The notes: generated by a model from the letters alone, not told the origin. A DNA stretch of 64,000 nucleotides from Eledone cirrhosa (GCA_964016885.1 OZ024742.1:178498001-178562000), one strand, 5' to 3'; counted from the first letter of the stretch, positions 25,463 to 39,408 are shown. Program-made: numbers and translations.

Positions 25463-27047
25463 ATCACCACCACTACCACCATACCATCATCACCACCACT
25501 ACTACCATACCATCATCACCACCACTACTACCATACCATCATCACCACTACTACCATACCATCATCACCACCACTACCACCATACCATCATCACCACCAC
25601 TACTACCATACCATCATCACCACCACTACCACCATACCATCATCACCACTACTACCACCATACCATCATCACCACCACTACCACCATACCATCATCACCA
25701 CCACTACCACCATACCATCATCACCACCACTACCACCATACCATCATCACCACCACTATCACCATACCATCATCACCACCACTATCACCATACCATCATC
25801 ACCACCACTATCACCATACCATCATCACCACCACTATCACCATACCATCATCACCACCACTATCACCATACCATCATCACCACCATCATCACCACCACTA
25901 CCACCATACCATCATCATTATCACCACCACTACCACCATACCATCATCATTATCACCACCATACCATCATCATTATCACCACCACCACCATAATCATCAT
26001 TACTACCACCACCACCACCATAATCAACATCATTACCACCACTACCACCAACATCATTATCACTACCACTACCATCATCATCATCTTCATCACCACCACC
26101 ACCATAATCATCATCATTGCCATTACCACCACCACCACCATAATCAACATCATTACCACCACCACCACCACCATAATCATCATTGCCACCACCACCACCA
26201 CCACCACCATAATCAACATCATTACCACCACCACCAACATAATCAACATCATTACCACCACCACCACCATAAAAAACATCATTACCACCACCACCACCAT
26301 AAAAAACATCATTACCACCACCACCACCACCATAAAAAACATCATTACCACCACCACCACCATAATCAACATCATTACCACCACCACCACCATAATCAAC
26401 ATCATTACCACCACCACCACCATTATCATCATCATTGCCACCACCACCACCATAATCAACATCATTACCACCACCACCACCATAATCAACATCATTACCA
26501 CCACCACCACCATTATCATCATCATTGCCACCACCACCACCATAATCAACATCATTACCACCACCACCACCATAATCAACATCATTGCCACCACCACCAC
26601 CACCATAATCATCATCATTGCCACCACCACCACCACCATTATCATCATCATTGCCACCACCACCACCATAATCAACATCATTACCACCACCACCACCATA
26701 AAAAACATCATTACCACCACCACCACCATAATCAACATCATTACCACCACCACCACCATAATCAACATCATTGCCACCACCACCACCACCATAATCATCA
26801 TTGCCACCACCACCACCATAATCAACATCATTGCCACCACCACCACCATAATCAACATCATTACCACCACCATAATCAACATCATTACCACCACCACCAT
26901 AATCAACATCATTGCCACCACCACCACCACCATAATCAACATCATTGCCACCACCACCACCATAATCAACATCATTGCCACCACCACCATCATAATCACC
27001 ACCACTACCACCACCATCCTCATCACCACTACAACCTTCATCATCAT
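25463..27047. repeat. Compound ACC/ATC-rich minisatellite (~26-bp units, then ~30-bp units)
   Basis: CCATCATCACCACCACTAYCACCATA units to ~25950, then ATAATCAACATCATTRCCACCACCACCACC units. Confidence 0.9.
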
Positions 27048-28399
27048 TTCACGTCCATCTTACATACTGGCATTGGTTGTCATGTTCTGAGACTCAGCTG
27101 GTCAGATAACCACATCCTGCTCATATGTTCTAAGTTGGCGTGATCTCTACAGCTGGATGCCCTTCCTAAAACCAACCACTTTACAGGGTGTATTGTGGCA
27201 CCAGCATACTACTTTACAGATTGGATTGGGTGCATTTCATTGTGGCACCAGCTCTACCACTTTACTAAATGGACTGGAACAAGCATACCACTTTATAGAG
27301 TGGACTGGGTACATTTTGTTGTGCTAGCATACCACATTAGAATGAACTGGGTGCATTTTATTGTGGCACCAGCACTAGAGAAGTTGTTACCTGCTAGACC
27401 ATACTGGAGAATCAATATATTGTTATTCTGTTTTATTGGTATTACCTGGTGTGTATCTCAGCTGTTGTTACAGTATCTGGTATGTTATGGTTATTGTTAT
27501 AATATCAAAAGCCATTTAAGAAAGATATTTGGGTAAGAAAAAGAAAGAAGTTTTTGTCCATTATTCAAAGATGCACTTGGTGACTCCACCCCCCACCCAC
27601 ACACACCTTCTATAGAGCGACAAAGTATCCGATAAACTCTTAAAAGGAGTAGAAGTATTAAAAAATCTGTAAAAATGTAGTTTAATGTTTTCACTTATAC
27701 AGATTGTAGTAATGTTACTACCACAATAAAATTCAGTCGGTCCACTCTGTCAAGGGGTGATGATACAGCTATAATAAAATGTACCCAGTCCTCTCTACAA
27801 AGAGGTAGTACTAGTGACAAGATAATATATACCTAATCCACTCTGTAATCGTAGGGCTGGTGCCATGATAAAATGCACCCAGTCTACTCTATGAAGTTGT
27901 AGTGCTTGTGTCATGTGGTGCTAGTGCCACAATAAAATGCACTTAGTACACACTGCAAAAGGGTAATGCTGGTACCACAATAAAATACACCCAGTACACA
28001 TTGTAAAGTGGTAGATATTGATAAATAAATGACAACTTAAAATCTGCATTCTTTTTATTGATTATCATTTTTTATTGAATAACTGTTTAGCTAAGTTATG
28101 TGACATCTGGCTTATTAATGTTAGTAAGTTAGTGTGAACTATAACTAATAAAAATATGCTGACCTGATTGAAACGTGAACAGGTATAATGTCATGAAAAA
28201 TTGTCATTTGTCATATTTCATGTAAAAAGCATAAATAATTCTAAAAATAATTAGTAATTAATACCGTAAATATCACCGTCATCATACATATGTTTTTTTT
28301 CATGATGGCATGGTTTGGGTGGTTGTTTTCCAGTACAGCTTTGATCCATTAATTGCATTCTTTCACCATCAATGAATAAGGTACCAATCATTATCATGT

Positions 28400-28880
28400 T
28401 ACTGCAATTGGTGCAGCCAGTTGGGGTGCCACTCTAGATGCTTTTGCAGTCAGTCATCACCATTGGGTCTCTATTCTCCATCATGTGTAGAAGGGCTTCA
28501 GTGTTGTGACCAGCGCAAGCTTTGATATTATTGGATCAGGATTTTCTTTTCCTCTTCTTCACCCTCCCTTGACTATGCCCTGAAGGATGGTGAAAAGACA
28601 GAAGCTTGTCTGGTATGGTCATATATCCCACCACAACTCCTTGGCTGAAACCATCCTTTAGTGCACAGTTGAGGGAGGGTGAAGAAGAGGCAAACAAAGA
28701 AAAGTACCAATACAGGGCAGTGAATTGGCAGGATCATTACAGTATTGGTTGTGGGTCATTATCTCTTTCAATCCTTTGTGTTGAGTTCACCTGCAACTTC
28801 AATGGTGCTAAGCTGTATCAATCCTTGACTTTCCCCGCAAAACTCTCTTTGTCTTCAGCTGTGTCTTGAAGACAAACTTT
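28400..28880 (-). mobile_element. Decayed RTE-like LINE 3' fragment
   Basis: Minus strand reads TILQGIVKGG*RRGK-like (consensus TILQGxVEGxRxRGRP), with a tail near 28280-28320. Confidence 0.5.
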
Positions 28881-29166
28881 CCAAGTGCAGATCCTTTTTC
28901 ACAAGACATACAAGGGCCCTAGATATGTATATTGGGAAAATAGAATAATTAGTACATTAAATATATGTTATTGATCAAAATCTATTTAAGATTTTGAAGG
29001 TTTTCACATATAGATTGTAATAGCACTTGTACCATAATAAAATGAACCCAGTACACTCTGTAAAGTGATAGTGTTAGTGCAAATTCATGGTCATACAAGA
29101 CATATAAGGGCTCTACTAGATATGAACATTGGGAGAATAGAATATTGCGTACATTTCGTTTTTTAA

Positions 29167-29387
29167 CCCTTTAGCATTTAAACCAGCCGTATCCATCCAG
29201 AACTCTGTCAGCTCTTTCTGTTCAAACCAGCTGTAACTGGCCACTCATACCTACATTAACGTATTGTTCTCAAAATATATAACATCAAAATCTCATACAT
29301 TCGATATTGTGTGAGATAATTATGTGAGATAAAGCCTTTACTGTGAAAATGTAATAGTAAATATAGAGTAATGTAAATGATAAATGG
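29167..29387 (+). mobile_element. piggyBac-type MITE family A (intronic)
   Basis: TTAA flanks (29163-66, 29388-91) and TIRs. Confidence 0.8.
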
Positions 29388-29490
29388 TTAAGTATTTTGT
29401 CTTTGATTTAAATGTATTTAAGATTTTGAAGATGATATTAGCTAGTAAATGTTTTCTAAATATAATAATTATGTATGTTTTCAATTTTAG

Positions 29491-30599
29491 GTCAAGTTGC
29501 TATCCGTATCCAAGTGGAGGCTGTTAAGGCACTCGTTCCAAAGATGGAACTATTGGACAGAGTAAGTGTAGAAGACCTTAGCAGCAGCACAGGAACACAC
29601 AGTGTTGAGATCAGTTTCTCTCCAAGTCGCCGCCGGCACTGCTCTTATGAGAATATGACATTATTGGAGTCACCTGAAGAAGGAGCAACTCTTCAACCAC
29701 ATCTTATCAAAGAATATGCTTATAGCCATGAAGAGGATGATGACATCATCAAACCCAAGAGATGCTGGTGTATCTGCTTCCCAAGCCTATTCCGCCGCAA
29801 AAAAGATTCCAAACAAAAGAAGCATAACGTTCCAAATCGTCGCGATCGAACACAACAAGTAACTCCTCCAGACATTTCACGTTATACCAATGTAGTGACC
29901 AGTTCTCCATCTACTCGTATTAAGTGGCATGAAGAAAGGGCATCACTAAATGGTAAATATTATCTGAACAAAAAGTCTAGCAAAAGTCACAGAAATGAAA
30001 ATCCTAATATTACTGATATTGTTCATTACAAAAATTCATTGAACGAAAGTCACTTTTCTTCTCCTGAATCCTTGAAAAGTCGACACTCTGGTAATTCCGT
30101 TCTGATTCAGGGCTATAAGAAAGACTCAAATAGCGTTGCTTCCAGCAGAAACAGTATGTTTCCTGGGCCATCTCCTGCTAAACAAGGAATGTTCATGTCA
30201 TTGGAGCAAGGCAAATCAATATCTCGGAAGGTTGAATTAACTGAAGAATGGCGTGGAGATGGGGAGGTTTTGGATGAAAAAGCTCACAAATTTTATGTCC
30301 TTTTTGACAGTGCTGGAAATTCACACTATACAAACTTGATAAAATATTTCGAACAAGGTCGAGGCACACTCGTCATGAGTGCACTTCGAAGAGACACACT
30401 AGTTGTAATGAATATTTGTATGACAAAAAACCAATTAAAACAATTGCAGGCAGATTATTCATCTGGCAAGCTAACTCGTGATATTGAACAGCGACTAGTC
30501 AACATGCAGGTGTTAAATGCAGTTGATGCTAAAGAGTTGCGTCTTTCCACTATAATAGATGATAGCGAATTTAGCCAAGCTGAAGAAGAGCTTGGGTGA
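29491..30599 (+). CDS. CARD-domain protein, terminal coding exon (disordered linker + DEDD/TRADD-N-like C-terminus)
   Basis: TTTTAG| acceptor at 29489-90, phase 1; 1109-nt open frame in AT-rich DNA ending in TGA. The spliced CDS is 289+27+1109=1425 nt (474 aa). AATAAA at ~31293 and ~31528. Confidence 0.9.
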
Positions 30600-30751
30600 A
30601 ATGCTGACCAATGGAAAATGGATAGTAATTTTACTGAGTGACTGTTTTGGTGCTCTTCGACATATTAAATTATTTAAACACTTTTGTATCTTATATCTCT
30701 GTTAAAATTTTTAAACAAAATATACATCATTATATTTATAAAATCTTGGGT

Positions 30752-30966
30752 TGTGGATTGGCAGTATCAGTAGTGCGTCAGACAAAATGCTTTGTGGTAT
30801 TTAATTATGACATTCTACAGTCTGATTTCAAATCCCGCCGAGGTCAACTTCACCTTTCATCCCTGTGGGGTCGATAAATTAAAGTACCAGTGAAGTACTG
30901 GGGTCGATGTAATCGACTTCCCCTTCCCATCAAAATTTCTGGCTTGTGCCTGTTAGAAACCATTAT
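30752..30966 (+). mobile_element. Meta-like SINE in the putative 3'UTR
   Basis: Family head, core and tail; flanked by the direct repeat CATTATATTTATAAAATCT (~30728 and ~30961). Confidence 0.8.
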
Positions 30967-33900
30967 ATTTATAAAATCTGCAACTTTAAATATTTAAGTT
31001 AGTAAGGATTTTTCCATCCTTTTTTTTTTTCCTTTTTTTGTTGTTGTTTGAACATATTTAATGTCAAGTGTCACAAAAACCTTTATTATTCCTTCTGATA
31101 TAATCAGAAGGAATATTTCTAGGTTAGTATGAGTTGAAAAAACAAAAAGGATGCTGTGCAAATTAAACTTATGACAAAAGCATATTATAAAATTATTTAT
31201 GTCTTTTTTCAATCTGAGGAACTAAGTAAAATATTAAGCTACTATTCCATCGTTTCTAGAAAAACACTTCTCTCAGTTATTTAACTAAACTAAATAAACG
31301 AAATAATTATTTTTACTGAATGGTAAAGATTTTGTGAGATTATAATTATTAAAAAAAAACATTCTGTGAAAACTGTTTAGGTAAGAGGAACTTGATTATT
31401 TATAGATTTATTTTTTATAGGACACGAAAATACTGCTCTCTCAATTCTCACATAAAATTGTCAGATATTTCGTATAGGTAATAAATCTTTTAAAAAAACC
31501 ATTATAATATATATATTTCTCCCAACGAATAAAAGAAATATATTTTAAAAAAATTATATCGTCTTTTATCTGTTATAGAAGCAAAAATAATTTCCACATT
31601 TAGCAAAGTAATTGTTATATATTTCTTTTAAATATACCTCCTGCATACTGAGTTCAAATCCTGCCAAGGTCAACATTGCCTTTCATCCTCCTAGGGTTGA
31701 TAATATTAAGTACTGGGGTTCATTTTTCCATTTCCCTTATTTGATTCCTGGACCAGGTTGTGTGTTGTGTTGAGCAAAACACTTCATTTAACTGAAAATT
31801 AATATCAGCAGTAGGTGGGGGTTTAACCTTGTGATAGATTGGCATCTTGCCCAGCGGAGGTCTTGTGCTCTCAGTTGCCCAATAGCAAAGAAACTGGGAG
31901 AAGCACTGGATTTATGATCCTCCAAGCTTGAGACAGACTTTAGACATAGAACATACTCAACTCAGTATATATAAAAATGAAGGTGTAGTGATACTGATTA
32001 TAAATATTAACATATTTACTGCAGGAGGTGGGGAAATACCTCAGATATGTGTTCTGCCTATTACATACAAATATATTTATGGTGAATGGAAAAAAATATA
32101 TTCCCTCTATTTCTCCATATATCAATAACTCTGTCCTACCAACTGAATGTTGTTCATCTTCTGGGATCAAAGACATTGGGTGGAGCATCTTCGGCTGTGT
32201 ATCTGGAGGTGACTAGTGAAGCCAAATTATGTCCAGAAACCACACCCACATGTGGATATATGCTGAAGTGGATGTGGCTCATTTTCTCTGAGACTTTGAA
32301 ATATGTCTGGTTTCTGCTGCACTTGTTCCCTCAAAGATTTTGCTTTGCCAGTTTTGGCAATCCTGGGCAAGTGATTCCCAACTACCGGGATTGATATTGA
32401 GGGACACTGAATAGAATATGCTTCTCTAATAAGACTGGAATGTGTATATTACTTTCACCAGTTGGTCTTACAGGCTAGATCCACTCGGACATGCATTGCC
32501 TATAATGTTGAATTTTTTTGATAAACTTATCTTATTGGAGTTATTCCCCCGTGATTGTGATTTTAGATTTTTAATGCCTCTTAAATGAAGTTTGTGTCCA
32601 CTAATTGCTTTGATAATTTTAGTTAAAGTTTTTCAACTCACGATATTTCTTATGTGAGACCCTACAGTATTTGTAATGTGTGTGTTTCATATGTATGCTC
32701 CTGAGTTCTTACTACAACTGAATGTAAAAGTCTCTCTCTCTCACACATACACACACACATCTGACTCTATTTTAACCCTGTTTTTCATTTACACACAGAT
32801 CTAAAAATGCCCCGCTAAAAAACAGCCCCTCCCCTTCCCTACATCAGTAGAACTGGTTTTCAGAAGCACTCTCTTTTGTGATGCTCTAAATATATGGCTC
32901 TTGACTGGTTTCAAACGCTTCTAACATTGAGAGGCATTTTAACCCCCAAAGCTCTTTTCTGCCACATAGCTGAGTGACATGTTTTCTGTGGAGTGGGGAG
33001 AGGGGGGTTGTTTTTGTTGATTTTTACAGTATGCTTTTATCAAAAGAATTCTGTTTACCAAGCAGGGTCGTTGCTAGCATTAAGGCCTAGCTAGAGTGCA
33101 AACCCCAGAGAGGCACATTACTGAACCTTATAGTTTTATACAGGGCCAGTACTACCATTAACGTCAACTAGACAGCCAACTACAGTGCAGACCTCAGAGA
33201 AGCACATTACTGAAACTTAAAGGACCACAATTTTATACAAATTTGTATAATTAACAATAAGTATACAATAATTGACTGTGATCAATAAATAGTTATACAT
33301 CTTTGCTGCAGAGCAGCATTGTGAAAATATCAAAAGCACTGGATATTTCATATAGTGTTATGACCTGTCATGGCTGAGTGTGAACTATGTAGTGTAAAAA
33401 GCAGGCTTAGTAACTTTCTTAGTGTGGCCAGAGCAGGAAATGTGAGACACTAGATTTGTCATCTTACCAAACTATAAGATGAAGTTATTTGGGGGGAAAG
33501 GTGAAAACTGTGAAAAGGTGGTACATATAGAATTAGCCTAGAGTGCTAAATACCCTAACACCAACTCTGCTCTTAATATCTTCCTTACGGGGTCGATAAA
33601 ATAAAGTACCAGTAATGAACTGGGTAATTGCTGGCCTTGTGCCTAAAGTAGAAACATATTTCTTAATGCAGTTTTTTTTTTTAATTCTCATTACATATGT
33701 TGATTTCCAATGCTTAAAAGTTTGTTAAATTTAACTTGAAGAGAACACACTGTGACTTACCATCTCTTGTTAAATTTAGCCTAGAAAGAACATCTTGTTT
33801 TTACCATTTTGTCTTAGCATCTCTTGTTATATTTAACCTTGAGAGACTACCGTGTGTTCGACACTTTATTCTGCCATCTCTCATTGTAAATTTTAATCAA

Positions 33901-36900
33901 GGGAGACGACTGTGTATTTAACACTGTCTTATCATGTCTTGTTGCAGATTGCTTTAATAGATTCATGTGTCAGTGTTAGAAAGAAGCAGAGGAAAGATAT
34001 TAGCGATATCAGTCACACCTGAAACAACAGAAAATATCAAAATAATTTAGTTGCTTCACATAACCTAATTTAAAATTTAATCGTCTATTGTGGCAATAGA
34101 AGACAGTGGAGGTAACTTCGTTTAAAGCTATTATTTTAGTGCCTTTAATATCATGAGAAGGCAGCAAATTGGCAATTATTAGAACATCGGATAGAACGCT
34201 TTGTGGTATTTGCTCTCTCTCTCTTTGCCCAGAGCTCAAATCCCATCGCGATCATCTTTGCTTTTCATTCTTTCACAGTCGATAAAAAAAATGCACCAGT
34301 ACAGTACTGGAGTCGACTCTTCCTTTATATATACCACTACCCATGGAAGAAATTGACTGTAGTCAGACTTGGAGAGGGGATGGGCTTCACCAGGTTTAAA
34401 CAAAATGCCTCCCAAACGCTGTATGTCACTACAGAGCATGTAAGACTCAACCAAGAGTCATATATACATTGTGGTAAAAGAAGATACTCGTTCTTCCAGG
34501 GGAGGTAACCTTGTCAAAAGCAATTGTTTTAGTATCAGCAATATGACGGCGACAGAAAAATTTGAGTTTAGTAAGAAGCATTTCGCATATCATTTTAAGA
34601 ATTGTAATCTCTAGTTATGTGCGAGTGTGTATTGAATTGTTTGAAGGATGTAATTTTTTTCTTTTTGTACATTTATTCAGCAAATAAAGAATCCACTAAC
34701 AAAATATATTTTTGGTGCACCGTGTAGAAAGGCAAATCAACAAATAGTACCATCTTATAAGGAAATATCGCTTTCATGCAAATAGCATCTGATTCTGGTT
34801 ATAATGTTGTATTTTCATTTGATTAGCCACACACTTCCTTATATTATTGAATCAAAAGCCTTTTGTTATGTAAACGAAATATAGCTACTTGTCTTGTTTT
34901 CTTTTGTTCACAGAACTGTTTGTATCATTTTCTAAATACAAAGATATGTAAACAAACTGAATTTAATAACAGTTTGGAGCATAAATATATTAAAATATAC
35001 ATATACATATTTTACAAGGACATGGTGTGTTTTTGCAAATTGGCCAACTTAATAAAAAGTATAGCCCCCAGCTTCAAGTTAGTGACATAAATATATTGAC
35101 ACACATACCCACACACCAGTTTTTACATTGATGGTTACAATTGATGTGGAGTGCTTAAGCCTGATTACTCTATAATTCGTTGAGTGTAGTGAAAAAATTC
35201 AACACTAACAATCAGCTAACATAGTTTTTAAATATATATATATATATATATCAGGACATTTCTGTTTTTAATAAAAAGTGTAGCAACAAGCTTCATCAGT
35301 CAGAATTAAATGAAGGTCAGCCTAAATTTCTAGGAATTTATTTTTTAAAACAGCAGTAAAGTTATAAGATATCAAAATTCTGTGAAATTTCATAGAAATT
35401 CATGTTTTACATTTAACTGCAGTAGTACACAGGAGAATGCTCTACAAACACAGTCACAGCTATGTTTATTGGTACCTATATAGTATGGAATCAATATTAC
35501 ATTTAAATATAGTCCCCAATGGTGTAATTAATCTCAATGATTATTGTAGGTAGACTGTTTGTTGAAATCACGTGGTTCAGTATTTGTTCCAATTCACTGG
35601 ACATTGAGTTCTAATTCTAATGAGATCAACTTTGCCTTTCATATTTTCATGGTAGATAAATCAAGTAGCAGTCAAATACTGTGTTTGACTCCTCCTCTCT
35701 ATATATTTATTGTTCCCTCTAACAGCACAAATCATTTATGAGGGAATCATATATGATATATATATATACTATTATTTTACTAGTTGCTAAAAAATGACAC
35801 ATGACTGCAATCTACCACTCTCTCTCTTAATGTGGAAGAAATTGTCTATGTTGTGACTTGTTGAGTAATAGGTGCTGCTATGTTTAAAATACCCAAGACA
35901 TGCCGTATGTCAAGAGGATGCCCTATGGGGTTATCTCAGTTTAAAATGCCCATGGTATGCTGTATGACAGAATAGTGTCACTATCACTACATCAGGAATT
36001 AACTTTTTACTTTTTTTTTTTTTTTTTTTTTCGTTTCCGTTGACTTGTTTGTCAGTAAATTGTCAGTCATTCGAGCGCCTGATTAAATTCCTTGAAATTT
36101 GTTCTGGCTCTGCACTTTGAGTTCACACCCTACTGAGGTTAACTTTGCCTTTTATTCTTTGAAGGTCTATAAATAAAGGACTAGTCCAATATTAGGGTTG
36201 ATTCTTCATCTCTCTCTTTGTCATGTTCTCTTGCTGTTTTTCCTTCTCAGGAAGGAATTGGCTGTGTTCAGATTTTGATGAAGCTCATCTCTCTCTGAGT
36301 AAAAATGATGAATACACCGTCATATCTGATAGAAGTTTAAATATTTGATTACAAGCTGTGGTTCAGGTGTCTCAAATTCAAGGATTAAAAGGCTATTTCA
36401 TCCTGGGGCAGAGGCACAGTAAGCCAAAAGATATCCACCAGTTATAAAGCTAATCTATAATACAGCTGATTGTTTTTTTTTGTTTTTTTTTTTTTTGTTT
36501 TTTTTCGTCAAAGTAAATATGCATATGATAGTGAGATATATGAATTAATATAAAAGTAGAGGAACAAATTTTTCATTTCAAATTTTCCTTAATTCCATTT
36601 TCACTTATGGTAAATTGCTTTTGTTTTGTTTTCACTTTTAATAAATTCTGTTTTTTCATTTTATTGAAATTCATGGGTAAATCACAAAAGTATGGAAGAT
36701 GCGAGAGAAAAATTACCAAATTTTAAGAAAATGGGAATTGTTCTGCCACTGACCTTAGAAAAGTAGTTGGCAGGCTGTGTATTTGAGACCTCTGTTATAT
36801 ATCTTAAAACGGAATAGATAACAATTAGACTAGAAAAGAACTGGAAACACACAAACTGCAACTTAAAATTGTACGTACTTTATATATGTGCATTACATAC

Positions 36901-37700
36901 ACGTGTGTGTGTATCTGATGTATATTGTCTGTATATTTGTGTATGTAAATATACATGTATATATGTAGACATGTATATATATATATATGTGTGAGTGTGT
37001 TTTGACTAATTGAGATGGTTAATGTCTTCCATTTTTAATGTTTTCACTGTCTGTCATTGCAAAAACAACTTTGTCTTTATACCACGATGTTTGACTGCAC
37101 ATAACGTAAGACCTAGACAAATGTTACCATGAATGTGGCTCAAATAAATTGAAAGATAAAATCTTCGATGGCACAACAATGCTGATAATATATGAAAATA
37201 TATGTTTATATATGTCCATCATTATAATCATTGTTTGAACATGTTTTCTATGCTGGTACTGTTGTGTCTATATTATGGCTTATTGCCATTCCTCTTTATC
37301 CTGTGTTATCTTATTGAGATCTAACTTCATCTCTTCTTTCATGGTCTTCCACTAACCTTGCATTTTCCACTGTGAGTATACAACATTTTTTTCATGCTAT
37401 AGTTGTTGTTAATTTCTATCATATGATCACACCATCACAAATATCTCACCTGATTTCTTTATTCACAACCCTTCTCTCAGCTAACCTTTGCTCTGCCTTT
37501 TAAGAAGGTTAACATTACACTTCCAGCAAGTCACACATGACACATTTCTTTTCTACATCTGCTGGTCTTTTGCATTCAGTGTGCATCACTCACTCCCAAG
37601 TAGTAAAACATGTAGTATTTCATACACATGGGTCTTAAAGTCAGGAGCAGACCAAATTCTAAAACTGGTGTACATATGACACTAAGACTTATGACTGTCA

Positions 37701-39408
37701 AGGCCCACAGGTATGTTTTCACTGCTCTGCTAAGGTAACACTGACTAACAGACTACTGAGGGCCAGAGGTATGTTTTCACTGCTCTGCTAAGGTGACACT
37801 GACTAACGAACTACTGAGGGCCAGGGGTATGTTTTCACTGCTCTGCTAAGGTAACACTGACTAACGAACTGCTGAGGGCCAGAGGTATGTTTTCACTGCT
37901 CTAAGGTGACACTGACTAACGAACTACTGAGGGCCAGAGGTATGTTTTCACTGCTCTGCTAAGGTGACACTGACTAACGAACTACTGAGGGCCAGAGGTA
38001 TGTTTTCACTGCTCTGCTAAGGTGACACTGACTAACGAACTACTGAGGGCCAGAGGTATGTTTTCACTGCTCTGCTAAGGTGACACTGACTAACGAACTA
38101 CTGAGAGCCAGAGGTATGTTTTCACTGCTCTGCTAAGGTAACACTGACTAACGAACTACTGAGGGCCAGAGGTATGTTTTCACTGCTCTGCTAAGGTAAC
38201 ACTGACTAACGAACTACTGAGGGCCAGAGGTATGTTTTCACTGCTCTGCTAAGGTAACACTGACTAATGGACTACTGAGGGCCAGAGGTATGTTTTCACT
38301 GCTCTGCTAAGGTGACACTGACTAACGAACTACTGAGGGCCAGAGGTATGTTTTCACTGCTCTGCTAAGGTAACACTGACTAACGAACTACTGAGGGCCA
38401 GAGGTATGTTTTCACTGCTCTGCTAAGGTGACACTGACTAACGAACTACTGAGGGCCAGAGGTATGTTTTCACTGCTCTGCTAAGGTAACACTGACTAAT
38501 GGACTACTGAGGGCCAGAGGTATGTTTTCACTGCTCTGCTAAGGTGACACTGACTAACGAACTACTGAGGGCCAGAGGTATGTTTTCACTGCTCTGCTAA
38601 GGTAACACTGACTAACGAACTACTGAGGGCCAGAGGTATGTTTTCACTGCTCTGCTAAGGTAACACTGACTAACAGACTACTGAGGGCCAGAGGTATGTT
38701 TTCACTGCTCTGCTAAGGTAACACTGACTAATGGACTACTGAGGGCCAGAGGTATGTTTTCACTGCTCTGCTAAGGTGACACTGACTAACGAACTACTGA
38801 GGGCCAGAGGTATGTTTTCACTGCTCTGCTAAGGTAACACTGACTAACGCACTACTGAGGGCCAGAGGTATGTTTTCACTGCTCTGCTAAGGTAACACTG
38901 ACTAACAGACTACTGAGGGCCAGAGGTATGTTTTCACTGCTCTGCTAAGGTAACACTGACTAATGGACTACTGAGAGCCAGAGGTATGTTTTCACTGCTC
39001 TGCTAAGGTAACACTGACTAATGGACTACTGAGAGCCAGAGGTATGTTTTCACTGCTCTGCTAAGGTAACACTGACTAATGGACTACTGAGAGCCAGAGA
39101 TATGTTTTCACTGCTCTGCTAAGGTAACACTGACTAATGGACTACTGAGAGCCAGAGGTATGTTTTCACTGCTCTGTTAAGGTAACACTGACTAACAGAC
39201 TACTGAGGGCCAGAGGTATGTTTTCACTGCTCTGCTAAGGTGAAACTAACAGACTACTGAGGGCCAGAGTTATGTTTTCACTGCTCTGCTAAGGTGAAAC
39301 TGACTAACAGACTACTGAGGGCCAGAGGTATGTTTTCACTGCTCTGCTAAGGTGACACTGACTAATGGACTACTCAGGGCCAGGCTCTATGTTTTCACTG
39401 CTCACTTA
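37701..39408. repeat. 58-bp tandem minisatellite, ~29 copies
   Basis: Unit GAGGGCCAGAGGTATGTTTTCACTGCTCTGCTAAGGTRACACTGACTAACGAACTACT; period confirmed from 38161 to 38219. Confidence 0.95.

Noticed and set aside
25953-27047. 364-aa Val/Met-rich ORF
   Set aside because: It is a translation of an intronic trinucleotide-based minisatellite, with no splice or domain evidence.
37701-39408. CRISPR-like array
   Set aside because: There are no unique spacers, the context is eukaryotic, and there are no cas genes.
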